In this document: in pieces, positions 9,200 to 19,839 of the stretch
Numbering within the stretch: the first letter of the stretch is position 1
Layout: each line of letters starts with the position of its first letter
Assembly: GCA_044360305.1 (NCBI GenBank)
Contig: JBIKKQ010000002.1
Span: forward strand, 1-63,296
Reading direction: 5' to 3'
Source: Pirellulales bacterium
GTDB taxonomy: Bacteria; Planctomycetota; Planctomycetia; Pirellulales; UBA1268
Length of the DNA stretch: 63,296 nucleotides
The notes under the pieces: model-generated
The model's input: the letters and a program-made list of their open reading frames with translations, nothing else
What the model was told of the DNA's origin: nothing
Database searches by the model: none
Position numbers and translations under genes: made by a program

Positions 9200-10030
9200 T
9201 CAGGCGAGGGTCTCGGCGGGGCCCGGGAAGCGGCGGGCCTCGACGTCGGCCCGCCACCGGGCAAGGGCGTCGGCGATCGTCCCGGCCGTGTCGGCGTACC
9301 GCCGGACGAACGTCGGGACACGGTCCGGGGAGAGGCCGACGAGATCGTGCATCACGAGCACCTGGCCGTCGCAGTCCGGGCCCGCCCCGATGCCGATCGT
9401 GGGCACGCCGATCGTGGCGGTGATCTCCGCCGCGATCGGCGCCGGAATGCATTCGAGCACGACGGCGCAGGCGCCGGCCTCCGCCGCGGCGCGGGCATCG
9501 GCCAGCAGCCGATCGGCGTCGCGCTGCACCCGGTAGCCGCCGAGCTGGTGCACCGCCTGGGGCCGCAGGCCGACGTGGCCGAAGACGGGAATCCCGGCCG
9601 CCGCGATCGCCCCGATCACCTCCGCCTGGCCGGCGGTGCCCTCGAGCTTCACCGCGGAGCAGCCGGTCTCCTTGAGAATCCGGGCGGACGATTCCACGGC
9701 CGTGCGGACGCCGAGGTGCTGGAGTGGAAACGGCAGATCGACTACGACCAGCGCCCGCGTCACCCCCCGGGCCACGATCTCGCCGTGATAGATCATCTGC
9801 TCCAGCGTGGCCGGGATGGTGGACGACCGGCCGGCCACGACCATCGCCACGCTGTCGCCCACGAGCACGCAGTCCACCCCTGCGGCGTCGGCCAGCCGCG
9901 CACCGGGCCAGTCATAGGCCGTGACCATGGTGATCGGCCTGCGGTCACGGCGGGCCGCCGCCAGGTCGCGGATGGTCACCCGGCGCGGGGCCGCCGGCTG
10001 ACCCGGGCCGCCGACGGACGGTCCGTTCAT
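9200..10030 (-). CDS. panB: 3-methyl-2-oxobutanoate hydroxymethyltransferase
   Basis: ITMVTAYD, VLVGDSVAMVV, AVKLEG and IGIGAG...DGQVLV are PanB signatures. Confidence 0.95.
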   Translation of the reverse strand: MNGPSVGGPGQPAAPRRVTIRDLAAARRDRRPITMVTAYDWPGARLADAAGVDCVLVGDSVAMVVAGRSSTIPATLEQMIYHGEIVARGVTRALVVVDLPFPLQHLGVRTAVESSARILKETGCSAVKLEGTAGQAEVIGAIAAAGIPVFGHVGLRPQAVHQLGGYRVQRDADRLLADARAAAEAGACAVVLECIPAPIAAEITATIGVPTIGIGAGPDCDGQVLVMHDLVGLSPDRVPTFVRRYADTAGTIADALARWRADVEARRFPGPAETLA

Positions 10031-10650
10031 GGCAGCCCCTTGAGAAAATCGTCGAGGCTCGCGTCTCCCTGCGCGGGCGGCTCACCGGCGTCACCGAGGA
10101 ACTCGAACGAGGCCCCGGGATCCACGGCTTCCGTGGCGGCGGGCAGGTCGAAGGCATCCGCTGCCGGCAACTCCTCGGGTACGAAGCCGTGGTCGTCAGT
10201 TGGCAACTCAGCCGTTGTCAGGTCCGGGAAAGCCGGATCGCCGGCCGGCAGATCCGGTGGCTCCGCGGGCGGGTCTGGCATCGCGGCCACTTCGGCCAGT
10301 GCCGGCATGTCGGGCAACGCCGGCGATTCGGGCATCGCGGCGGGCTGCTCCACCGGCGTGAAGTCGATGCGAAAGGCGATGTCTCCGATTCGCGCCACGG
10401 TGCCGGGGGCCACCTCGATGGCGACGCTCGGCGCGAGCCGCTGTTTGTCGATCCGCGTGCCGTTGGTGGAGCCGAGATCCCGCAGGTAGACCTTGTCGTC
10501 GGCCGTGAAGATCTCGCAGTGACGCCGGCTCACGCTCTCCTGTTTGATGCGCAGGGTCGCCTCCTCACCCCGGCCGACGACGACGGGAAGTGGAGCCGAC
10601 AGCGTCCGTTGCTGGGCAGGCGGAGCGACGATCGCGAGGCTGACATCCAT
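10027..10650 (-). CDS. FHA-domain protein with acidic Pro-rich tail
   Basis: VVGRGEEATLRI...VSRRHCEI...YLRDLGSTNGTRI is a canonical FHA core. The C-terminal ~110 aa are acidic with repeated (L/M)P..D motifs. The stop overlaps the panB start (ATGA at 10027-10030). Confidence 0.85.
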   Translation of the reverse strand: MDVSLAIVAPPAQQRTLSAPLPVVVGRGEEATLRIKQESVSRRHCEIFTADDKVYLRDLGSTNGTRIDKQRLAPSVAIEVAPGTVARIGDIAFRIDFTPVEQPAAMPESPALPDMPALAEVAAMPDPPAEPPDLPAGDPAFPDLTTAELPTDDHGFVPEELPAADAFDLPAATEAVDPGASFEFLGDAGEPPAQGDASLDDFLKGLP

Positions 10651-10816
10651 GGACGGGCGGGTCTTGACCAGCGGGCTCTGGGCGGAGGCGGGAATATCAG
10701 GCTGCCGGTCACAAGCTGTCCCTTGATTTTACACAGGCCGCGCCCGGGCAAAAGGCCCGCGGCCGGCCTGTCCCCCCTGCCCTGCGCAGAAACCCCGCCC
10801 CACCCCGATGATGATC

Positions 10817-10844
10817 TTGCGGCGGGGTTTCGCGCCCCTATAAT
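10817..10844 (+). promoter_or_regulatory. sigma70-like promoter candidate for tRNA-Gly
   Basis: TTGCGG (10817-10822), a 16-nt spacer, then a perfect TATAAT (10839-10844), 60 nt upstream of the tRNA 5' end. The -35/spacer overlaps the right arm of an 11-bp inverted repeat. Confidence 0.4.
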
Positions 10845-10904
10845 CGCCCGGTTCGCATGGTGCAGTCCACCCGCCGACCCGGTCGGGGGGCGGACCGTCC
10901 CTGT

Positions 10905-10977
10905 GCGGGTGTAGCTCAGTTGGTAGAGCACCACGTTGCCAACGTGGTTGTCGTGGGTTCGAATCCCATCACCCGCT
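10905..10977 (+). tRNA. tRNA-Gly (anticodon GCC)
   Basis: Cloverleaf folded by hand: acceptor GCGGGTG/CACCCGC; D arm GCTC-AGTTGGTA-GAGC; anticodon arm CCACG-TTGCCAA-CGTGG (GCC); T arm GTGGG-TTCGAAT-CCCAT; discriminator T. CCA is not encoded. Confidence 0.95.
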
Positions 10978-11145
10978 TCGAATCATCCCGATCCGATCAC
11001 GTTCGCCGCCCGTATTCGGGGCCGCGTTCCGGCGACGTTCGCAGGCTGCGAGTCGGCCCGGGGCAGGCTTCCCGCGGGTCGGACGGTCGGTCGGTGCCGT
11101 TCAACTCAGTCCGTGCAGTCCCTGGAGCCGCCTGCGGAGCCGACC

Positions 11146-12624
11146 ATGTCGAGCGACACGACCACCCTCGCCCAGCCTGAAGCCGAGACACCGAAGCCGC
11201 TCCAGCTCGAGGTCTCCATCGACAAAGTCTCCACCTGCGAGCGGCGCGTCACCGTGACGATTCCGCGCGAGGACATCGTCCGCTACCAGGACGATGCGCT
11301 GGCGGAATTGATGCCGGCGGCGGCCCTGCCCGGGTTTCGCCCCGGCCGCGCCCCGCGGCGGCTCGTCGGCAGCCGGTTCAAGACCGAGTTGTCCGATCAG
11401 ATCCGCTCCAAGCTGCTCACCGACGCGCTCACGCAGGTCTCGGAGCAGGAGAAGCTGACGCCGATCAGCGAGCCGGAGCTCGACGCCAACGCGGTCCTCC
11501 TGCCCGAGGATGGACCGATGACGTTCGACTTTTCGATCGAGGTCCGGCCCGAGTTCGACATGCCCGCCTGGAAGGGACTGTCGATCAGCAGGCCGGCGCG
11601 GGAGATTTCCGCGGCCGACGTGGACACCGCGGTGGCGAACCTGCTCCGCGAACGGAGCCGGTTCATCCCGCACGACGGCCCGCCCGCCCCGGGCGACATG
11701 ATCGTGGCCAACGTCCGCTGCACCGACGGCGGCCGGCTGCTCTCCGAGGCCGCCGAGGTGGAGATGGTCGTCCGGCCGCGGCTCTCGTTCGCCGACGCGG
11801 AGCTGGCCGGCTTCGACACGCTGGTGAAGGCGGCCCGCCCGGGCACGACCGTCACGGCCACGGTCCGGGTCTCCGACGAGGCGGCGGTCGAGGACCTGCG
11901 CGGCAAGGACGTCACGGTCGAGATGGCGATCCTCGAAGTCAAGAAGCACGAACTGCCGGAGCTGACGCCGACGATCCTCGAGGATCTCGGTGGCTTCGAG
12001 TCCGAGGAGCAGCTGCGGACGATGGTGCAGCGGCAGCTCGAGGGGCAGCTGGAGTGGCATCGCCGCCGGCAGGTGCGGCAGCAGGTGGCCGCCGCCCTGA
12101 CCGCATCGGCCGACTGGGATCTGCCCCCGTCCCTGCTGCGCCGGCAGGCGCAGCGGGAATTGGAGCGGTCGATCCTCGAGCTTCGGCGCAGCGGCTTCGA
12201 CAACGACGCCATCCGCCGGCATGTCAACGACCTGCGGCAGACCGTGATGGCCAGCACGTCCCGGGCCCTCAAGGAGCACTTCATCCTCGAACGGATCGCC
12301 GAGGAGGAGGGGATCGCCGACACGCCCGCCGACTACGACGACGAGATCCGGGCGATCGCGGACCAGGCGGGCGAGTCGCCGCGCCGCGTGCGGGCCGGCC
12401 TCGAGCGGCGCGGCCTGATGGACGTGCTGCGGAACCAGATCATCGAACGCAAGACGATCGACCTGGTGACGTCCCACGCCACGTTCAAGGACACCCCGTT
12501 CGAGTTCCACACGCCGGATGCGGAGGCCGTCGATCTCGCCGTCTGCGGCGCGGTCGTGGGTGAGGAGGAGATCCCCACCGCACGGCAGTCGGAGCCGGCG
12601 GCCCGGCCCGGCGGCCGCGGCTGA
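11146..12624 (+). CDS. tig: trigger factor
   Basis: ATG 11146 lies 6 nt after GGAG. LPGFRPGRAPRRLV (ribosome-binding GFRxGxxP motif) with a central PPIase-like region and a helical C-terminal arm. It is the tail of track ORF 10936..12624. Confidence 0.9.
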   Translation: MSSDTTTLAQPEAETPKPLQLEVSIDKVSTCERRVTVTIPREDIVRYQDDALAELMPAAALPGFRPGRAPRRLVGSRFKTELSDQIRSKLLTDALTQVSEQEKLTPISEPELDANAVLLPEDGPMTFDFSIEVRPEFDMPAWKGLSISRPAREISAADVDTAVANLLRERSRFIPHDGPPAPGDMIVANVRCTDGGRLLSEAAEVEMVVRPRLSFADAELAGFDTLVKAARPGTTVTATVRVSDEAAVEDLRGKDVTVEMAILEVKKHELPELTPTILEDLGGFESEEQLRTMVQRQLEGQLEWHRRRQVRQQVAAALTASADWDLPPSLLRRQAQRELERSILELRRSGFDNDAIRRHVNDLRQTVMASTSRALKEHFILERIAEEEGIADTPADYDDEIRAIADQAGESPRRVRAGLERRGLMDVLRNQIIERKTIDLVTSHATFKDTPFEFHTPDAEAVDLAVCGAVVGEEEIPTARQSEPAARPGGRG

Positions 12625-12646
12625 ACCCCCCGCACACCCTTCCGAG

Positions 12647-13282
12647 ATGCCGATGCACCCACGCCCCGTCGATCCGCTGGCCTCGTCCGCCTACCGCGAT
12701 TATCAGCGGCAGCGGCAGATGACGCTCGGCGACCTGCTGCTCGAAAACCGGATCATCCTCCTCCAGGGAGAGATCTACGACGGCAACGCCAACGAGCTGG
12801 TGATGAAGCTCCTCTACCTGCAGAGCGAGAACCGGCGCAAGGACATCCACTTCTACATCAATTCGCCCGGCGGCAGCGTGACGGCCACGATGGCGATCTA
12901 CGACACGATGCAGATCCTCACCTGCCCCGTGGCCACGTACTGCGTCGGGCTGGCCGCCAGCGGCGGTGCCGTGCTGCTGGCGGGGGGGGCGAAGGGAAAG
13001 CGGTTCGCCCTGCCGCATGCCAAGGTGATGATCCACCAGCCCTACGGCCAGGTCGGCGGCCAGGTGAGCGACATCGAGATCCAGGCCGACGAGATCATCA
13101 AGACCCGGGCGATCCTCAACGAGATCCTCGCCGGCCATACCGGGCAGCCGATCGACCGCATCGCCCGCGACACCGACCGCGATCGCTATCTCACGGCAAC
13201 CGAGGCGAAGGAGTACGGCCTCGTGGACGAGGTGCTGACGCGGCCGCCGCCGTCCGCGGACGAACAGGAAGAGAAGGACTGA
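12647..13282 (+). CDS. clpP: ATP-dependent Clp protease proteolytic subunit (paralog with N-terminal extension)
   Basis: [17 protein letters not shown] (Ser), MIHQP (His) and DTDRD (Asp) give an intact triad. Start at ATG 12647 within track ORF 12518..13282. Confidence 0.9.
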   Translation: MPMHPRPVDPLASSAYRDYQRQRQMTLGDLLLENRIILLQGEIYDGNANELVMKLLYLQSENRRKDIHFYINSPGGSVTATMAIYDTMQILTCPVATYCVGLAASGGAVLLAGGAKGKRFALPHAKVMIHQPYGQVGGQVSDIEIQADEIIKTRAILNEILAGHTGQPIDRIARDTDRDRYLTATEAKEYGLVDEVLTRPPPSADEQEEKD

Positions 13283-13341
13283 CGCCCGCCCCGCGTGCAT
13301 CGCCCCAGGAACAGCCCCAGCCCCGTCCGCGAAAGAATCCC

Positions 13342-13938
<597 letters not shown>

Positions 13939-14023
13939 GGGGTTTGCCCGGCGGAGCCGGGGACGATGGATCGAGGCAGACGACGGGCCGGCGGCGGCCC
14001 GGTGAGGCGCAGGGAGGCGCATC

Positions 14024-14944
14024 ATGCAGACCACCATCCGCAACGCGGCGGCAGGGCTTTCGGGCCTGTGGCTGATCGGGTTCGTGGCGTTTCTGGCGGG
14101 CTGTCGCAGCGACCTGGGCCAGCAGTTGCTGGAACGCGAACTCCGCTATCAGGAAGACCAGATCTACCAGCTCCAGGACGAGCTTCAGGAGCAGTGCTCC
14201 AGGCTCGAGCAGTCGGCGAGCGAAAACGCCAGCCTGCGCCGGCAACTCGGCCTTGCGCCCGGTGATCAGGCGACGCCGCGGACTGGGCCGGTTCGGCCGC
14301 GGCCGCCGGCCGGCGCGGCCCCGGTGCCGCCGGCGATCCAACTGCCCGACGGGCCGGGGCGGCAGCCGGCGGGCCCGCCCCTGAAACCGGCCCCGCCCGA
14401 TCTCGAGGGTGTGCCGCCGTTGCCGACGGGTGATGCCGGCCGCTCGACGACGGTGCCGGCCGGCGGCGGCCTCGACTTTCCCCCTGGCCCTGCGCCGATC
14501 GATCCCGCCGCCCGGCCGTTTGAGACGACGGCGGGAGGGGCGACCGGCCGCCGGACCTCGTTCGACGTGCCGGTGCCGGAGGGGCCGCCCGCCCGGGTCG
14601 TCGTCAATCTGGCGCAGACCGCGTGCATCGCCGACGCCGGCACGGCCGCCGGCCTGCGGCTGGTGTTCGAGGTTCGCGACGACGAGGAGCGGCTCGTGGC
14701 CGCGGCCGGGGACGTGACGATCACCGTGTTCGATGCCGCCGATTCGGGGCCGTTGGCCCGGTGGGAGATACCGGCCGCGCAGGCGGCGGGGCATTTCCGG
14801 CGCACGTCGCGGGCCCGGGGGCTGCACTTCGACCTTCCCTGGCAGGGACGCGGCCCGACGGCGGACACGGTCCGGGTGGTCGTGGGTTTCGTTCCACCCG
14901 GCGGCCCGCCGCTGGAGACCGAAGCGACGATCAGGACCCGCTGA
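14024..14944 (+). CDS. lipoprotein with coiled-coil and Pro-rich regions, unknown function
   Basis: Lipobox FLAGC, then a heptad-like stretch LLERELRYQEDQIYQLQDELQEQ, then a Pro/Gly/Ala-rich linker and a beta-rich C-terminal domain. Confidence 0.55.
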   Translation: MQTTIRNAAAGLSGLWLIGFVAFLAGCRSDLGQQLLERELRYQEDQIYQLQDELQEQCSRLEQSASENASLRRQLGLAPGDQATPRTGPVRPRPPAGAAPVPPAIQLPDGPGRQPAGPPLKPAPPDLEGVPPLPTGDAGRSTTVPAGGGLDFPPGPAPIDPAARPFETTAGGATGRRTSFDVPVPEGPPARVVVNLAQTACIADAGTAAGLRLVFEVRDDEERLVAAAGDVTITVFDAADSGPLARWEIPAAQAAGHFRRTSRARGLHFDLPWQGRGPTADTVRVVVGFVPPGGPPLETEATIRTR

Positions 14945-16451
14945 CGCTGGTGCAGTAGGTCCAGAGCACCTGCAGCCAGGGCAGCGTCCACGGGTTCCAT
15001 GTCGGGTAGGCCGCGCTGGCCACGCTCACGGCGAGCAGGGCCGCCGCCAGCAGCCGACGGCCGCGGGTGGCGGCGAGGGCGTCGGCTGCCGGGATCATGG
15101 CGTAGAGCCAGAGTGGCGCGAACCACAGCGCCCAGCGGAAGCCCGTCGCCGTGCCGCCGTAGTTGCGGTCCTCGAGCGGCCGCATCACGTAGAACGCCAG
15201 GCAGACGACGGTGCAGGCGAAGATCGCCGCCGCCAGCCAGCGGCCGTGCCCGTCCCCGGCATCACGTTGGACGACGAGCAGCACCAGGCCGGCGAGACTC
15301 AGCAGCCAGACCGGCGTGAGCGAGAAGATGCCGTGGTGGCCGACGAGGACGTGAAACGCGTAGGCCGCCGGTGACGGCTCCCCCTGGTCAATCGCGCTCT
15401 TGGGGACGTTCGGCTTCCAGTAGCTGTCGATGACGCGGCCGCCGCGTTGAAACTGGTAGTCGTACCAGCCCCCCGGGACATGCCGCTCGGTGTAGGCCGG
15501 GCGGATCGTGCCGTGGGCGAGCTGGTTGGTGCCGCAGGCGGCCACGCCGACGAGCAGGGCGGCGGGCAGTGCGAAAAGCAGCGTCTGCCGGGGCGCGACC
15601 CGGAGGAGGAGCAGGCCGCCGAGGCCGACGAACGCCAGGCCGGGCAGCTCGCAGGCGGCGAGGAACGCGGCGGCCAGTCCGGCGACGAAGAACCAGCGCC
15701 GGCGGCGCTCCCCTTGGCGGACGATCCGGAGCATCGCGTCGAGCGCGACCATCGCGGCGAAGGCCGCCGGCCAGTGGTTGGTGAACGCGACGGCGTAGGC
15801 CGTGAGCAGTGTCCCGAGGGCGGCGGCCGCGAACACGAACAACCGGCCGAAGTCGGTCGTGCCGTACCGCTCGACGATCCGGGCGAGCAGCGCCAGATAG
15901 GCTGCGAACGGGACGACGTTCCAGCAGAACAGGAGGATCCGGCCGAGTTCGTGGGGGTGCGTGCCGAGCGTCCTGCCGGTGAGCCGGTGGAGCAGCCAGT
16001 AGCCGCCGGCCATGATCGTCGGCAGCAGCGGCGGCTTGCTGGAGTAGAGATGCCCCTCGTCGGGGCCCGGGGCCGGGCCGCCGCGGCCGTCGTGCTTGAC
16101 CATGTCGATCGTGTCCCAGCCGGGCTGGGACACGATGTCGTCGATGGCGTAGGTGCCGTGCTCGACCAGCGCCCGGACGGTGCACCAGCGGCTCCGGTCG
16201 TTGCCACTGAGAAACGGCCGTTGCAGGTGGCGAAGCCGCGGCTCCGCCCCGGGGGCCGTCTGCCGCCGCGCCTCCTCGTTGAGGTGCCGCTCGAGGCGGA
16301 TCGTGTCGACCGAGTTGACGGCGAACAGCCGGCCGGTGACGTTGCCGATCGCGACCGCCGCCACGAGCAGGTACACCCCGCGGCGCAGCGCGGCACGAGG
16401 GTCGGCTTCGGGCGCGGGGGTCATGGCGGGCCGTCGGTCGGGAACGGACAT
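14931..16451 (-). CDS. GT-C fold (ArnT/PMT, GT39-like) polytopic glycosyltransferase
   Basis: At least 10 hydrophobic segments. First periplasmic-loop region with NDRSRWCTVRALVEHGTYAIDD and HLYSSKPPLLP, which I associate with planctomycetal GT39-like proteins. Start set at ATG 16451 (MSVPDRRP); the track start at 16472 is a TTG. Confidence 0.65.
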   Translation of the reverse strand: MSVPDRRPAMTPAPEADPRAALRRGVYLLVAAVAIGNVTGRLFAVNSVDTIRLERHLNEEARRQTAPGAEPRLRHLQRPFLSGNDRSRWCTVRALVEHGTYAIDDIVSQPGWDTIDMVKHDGRGGPAPGPDEGHLYSSKPPLLPTIMAGGYWLLHRLTGRTLGTHPHELGRILLFCWNVVPFAAYLALLARIVERYGTTDFGRLFVFAAAALGTLLTAYAVAFTNHWPAAFAAMVALDAMLRIVRQGERRRRWFFVAGLAAAFLAACELPGLAFVGLGGLLLLRVAPRQTLLFALPAALLVGVAACGTNQLAHGTIRPAYTERHVPGGWYDYQFQRGGRVIDSYWKPNVPKSAIDQGEPSPAAYAFHVLVGHHGIFSLTPVWLLSLAGLVLLVVQRDAGDGHGRWLAAAIFACTVVCLAFYVMRPLEDRNYGGTATGFRWALWFAPLWLYAMIPAADALAATRGRRLLAAALLAVSVASAAYPTWNPWTLPWLQVLWTYCTSVSGS

Positions 16452-16512
16452 GATACTACCCTGAGCATCCAATAGTCGACACGTGCTGGGTCACGGTTCG
16501 GGGCCGCCCACG

Positions 16513-16636
16513 CCCGCTCGCCGGACGTTCACTGCGGCCCTCCCGGCCTCCGTTCACTCGATGCTGCCTGCGCTTCGGCCTCCGGGCCTGCGCTTGTCAG
16601 CAACGCCGGCTCCCTGGGCATGGGCAGCCCCTCACG
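16513..16636. repeat. dispersed intergenic repeat, copy A
   Basis: About 124 nt, alignable by eye with 17780-17902 at roughly three-quarters identity. Identical blocks: CCCGCTCGCCGGACGTTC, ATGCTGCCTGCGCT and CCCCTCACG. Lies between divergent genes. Confidence 0.8.
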
Positions 16637-16763
16637 GACTCCGCCTTCCCAACGTGCTCCCGGTAGGAAAGCCCTCGCGGACGCCACGATCGGGACGGTC
16701 AACGGGCGGCGAGTATAGTTGGGTCGAATCCGTCCGGCCACCGCCCGTCGCTCCGGTTCCTGC

Positions 16764-17714
16764 ATGCCCCCCTCGATTTCGTTCGTCATCCCGTTCGTCG
16801 ACGAGGAGCCGACGCTCGTCGAGCTCTGCGACCGGATCGCCGCCGCGATGCGGCCGACCGGCCGGTCGTTCGAGGTGATCCTCGTGGACGACGGCTCGCG
16901 CGACGCCGGCGCCGCGGTCGCCGCCGGGCTCGCCGTGCAGCGGCCGGGCGAGGTGCGGCTCGTCGAGCTGCGCGGCAACTTCGGCAAGAGCGCCGCCCTG
17001 GCGGCGGGATTCGAGCGGGCGGCGGGGGAGATCGTGTTCACGCTCGACGCCGACCTCCAGGACGACCCCCGGGAGATCCCCCGGTTCCTGGCGGCTCTGG
17101 CCGACGGCCTCGACGTCGTCAGCGGCTACAAGCAGACGCGGCACGACCCATGGCACAAGGTGCTTCCCTCGCGGGTCTTCAACTGGCTCGTCCGCCGGTT
17201 CACCGGCGTGCCGCTCCACGACATCAACTGCGGCTTCAAGTGCTACCGGTCCGAGGTCCTCCGCGAGGTGCGTCTGTACGGCGAACTGCACCGCTTCATC
17301 CCGGCGCTGGCCGCCATGAACCGGTTTCGCGTCGGCGAGATCGTGGTCGAGCATCACCCGCGCCGGCACGGCGTCTCGAAGTTCGGTGTCCGTCGATTCT
17401 TTCGCGGACTGATGGACCTGGTGACGGTCGCGTTCCTGCTCAAGTACCTGCGCAAGCCGCTCCACTTCTTCGGCTGGATCGGGGCCCTGGCGTTTCTCGC
17501 CGGGCTGGCGATCTGCGGCCACCTGACCGTCGTCTGGTTTTCCGGGCAGAGCATCGGTCACCGGCCCCTGCTCACGCTCGGTGTCCTGCTGCTCGTGATC
17601 GGCGTGCAGATCCTCGCCACGGGCCTGATCGCGGAACTGGTCGTGCACGTGGCGGGCGATCGGCGGCCCTACCGGGTGCGCCGCACGGTCGGCTTCGACG
17701 GCGACCGCGGCTGA
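16764..17714 (+). CDS. GT2 polyprenyl-phosphate sugar synthase (ArnC/GtrB/DPM1-like) with two C-terminal TM helices
   Basis: ISFVIPFVDEE, ILVDDGSRD and DADLQDDP are GT-A/GT2 DxD-type motifs. C-terminal TMs (FFGWIGALAFLAGLAI..., LLLVIGVQILATGLIAE) as in GtrB/ArnC. ATG 16764 within track ORF 16719..17714. Confidence 0.85.
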   Translation: MPPSISFVIPFVDEEPTLVELCDRIAAAMRPTGRSFEVILVDDGSRDAGAAVAAGLAVQRPGEVRLVELRGNFGKSAALAAGFERAAGEIVFTLDADLQDDPREIPRFLAALADGLDVVSGYKQTRHDPWHKVLPSRVFNWLVRRFTGVPLHDINCGFKCYRSEVLREVRLYGELHRFIPALAAMNRFRVGEIVVEHHPRRHGVSKFGVRRFFRGLMDLVTVAFLLKYLRKPLHFFGWIGALAFLAGLAICGHLTVVWFSGQSIGHRPLLTLGVLLLVIGVQILATGLIAELVVHVAGDRRPYRVRRTVGFDGDRG

Positions 17715-17779
17715 CGCGGCGTCGGGCTGAGTTGCGTTGGGATAGGCATTTGCTGGCCGCCGGCCGGGGTTGTCCGTGC

Positions 17780-17902
17780 CCCGCTCGCCGGACGTTCGCT
17801 CCGGACATCCTGTCCTACGCTCACTCCATGCTGCCTGCGCTCCGCCGTCCCGGCTGCGCTGGCCAGCAAGGCCGGCTCGCAGGGCACGGGCAACCCCTCA
17901 CG
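17780..17902. repeat. dispersed intergenic repeat, copy B
   Basis: Direct-orientation copy of 16513-16636. Lies between the convergent GT2 and gap genes. Confidence 0.8.
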
Positions 17903-17985
17903 CGCCCAACTGGGCATGCGCACGACCTCGCCCGGAGCGCCCAACGGGACGGGCATTCACAGGAACAGCGCGACTGGCTGGCCGA

Positions 17986-19002
<1,017 letters not shown>

Positions 19003-19149
19003 GACGAGACTCCTGGGGGTGAAACGGGGAAAAACCCGGGCGGGGCGGCGGAATATACACCGGCCGGCGGCGTCGGCTCAATCGGGTGCCCGGACAGGCC
19101 GGGCCCGGCCCCGAACCGGCCGGTTTTGCTAGGCTGTTTCGACTCTCCC

Positions 19150-19839
19150 ATGACCACGCCTGTCATCGAACTCCACGACGTCCGCAAGTCGTTCGCCCTG
19201 CCCGGTGGGGAGACCGTGGACGTGCTCGACGTCCCCGCGTTCAGCGTCGCCGCGGGTGAGCAGTGCGCCCTCGAGGGGCCGAGCGGATCGGGCAAATCGA
19301 CGCTCCTGCACGTCATCGCCGGGATCCTCCGGCCCGACGCCGGCCGCGTCCTCGTCGAGGGCCGCGACATCTGCCGGCTGCCGGAGGCGAGCCGCGACCG
19401 GATCCGCGCCGACAAGATCGGCCTCGTGTTCCAGCAGTTCAATCTCCTGCCCGGGTTCACGGCGCTCGACAACGTGCTGGTGGCGATGTCGTTCGGCTCG
19501 GCCCGGCCCGACCGGCGCCGCGCGACCGGCCTGCTCGCCGCCGTCGGCCTCGGCCACCGACTCCACCACCGGCCGGCCGAACTCTCGATCGGCCAGCAGC
19601 AGCGGGTGGCGGTGGCCCGGGCGCTGGCCAACCGGCCGCGGGCGATCCTTGCCGACGAGCCGACCGCCAGCGTTGATGCCGCCCATCAGGCGCAGGTCAT
19701 CGACCTGCTGCAGACGACCTGCGCCGAGCAGGGGGTGGCCCTGCTCGTCGTGACCCACGCCCCCGAGGTCGCGGGCCGGTTTCCACGCCGGCTCCGGCTC
19801 GAGGAGTTCAACCGGGCCGCGGAGGTAGGTCGGCCATGA
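19150..19839 (+). CDS. ABC transporter ATP-binding protein (MacB/LolD/FtsE-type)
   Basis: Walker A GPSGSGKST, Q-loop VFQQFNL, signature LSIGQQQRV, Walker B ILADEPT, H-loop THA. ATG 19150 within track ORF 17770..19839. Confidence 0.9.
   Translation: MTTPVIELHDVRKSFALPGGETVDVLDVPAFSVAAGEQCALEGPSGSGKSTLLHVIAGILRPDAGRVLVEGRDICRLPEASRDRIRADKIGLVFQQFNLLPGFTALDNVLVAMSFGSARPDRRRATGLLAAVGLGHRLHHRPAELSIGQQQRVAVARALANRPRAILADEPTASVDAAHQAQVIDLLQTTCAEQGVALLVVTHAPEVAGRFPRRLRLEEFNRAAEVGRP

Noticed and set aside
11020-11135. Possible third copy of the dispersed element upstream of tig (shares GACGTTCGC and CCGTTCA.CTC-like strings).
   Set aside because: Only short words match. I could not build a convincing alignment across the element by eye. 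It needs BLASTN or a covariance-model search.
16513-17902. Composite transposon or IS element carrying the GT2 gene.
   Set aside because: The window contains no transposase or integrase. The flanking copies are direct, about 125 nt, diverged, without terminal inverted repeats or visible target-site duplications. They are reported only as a dispersed repeat.
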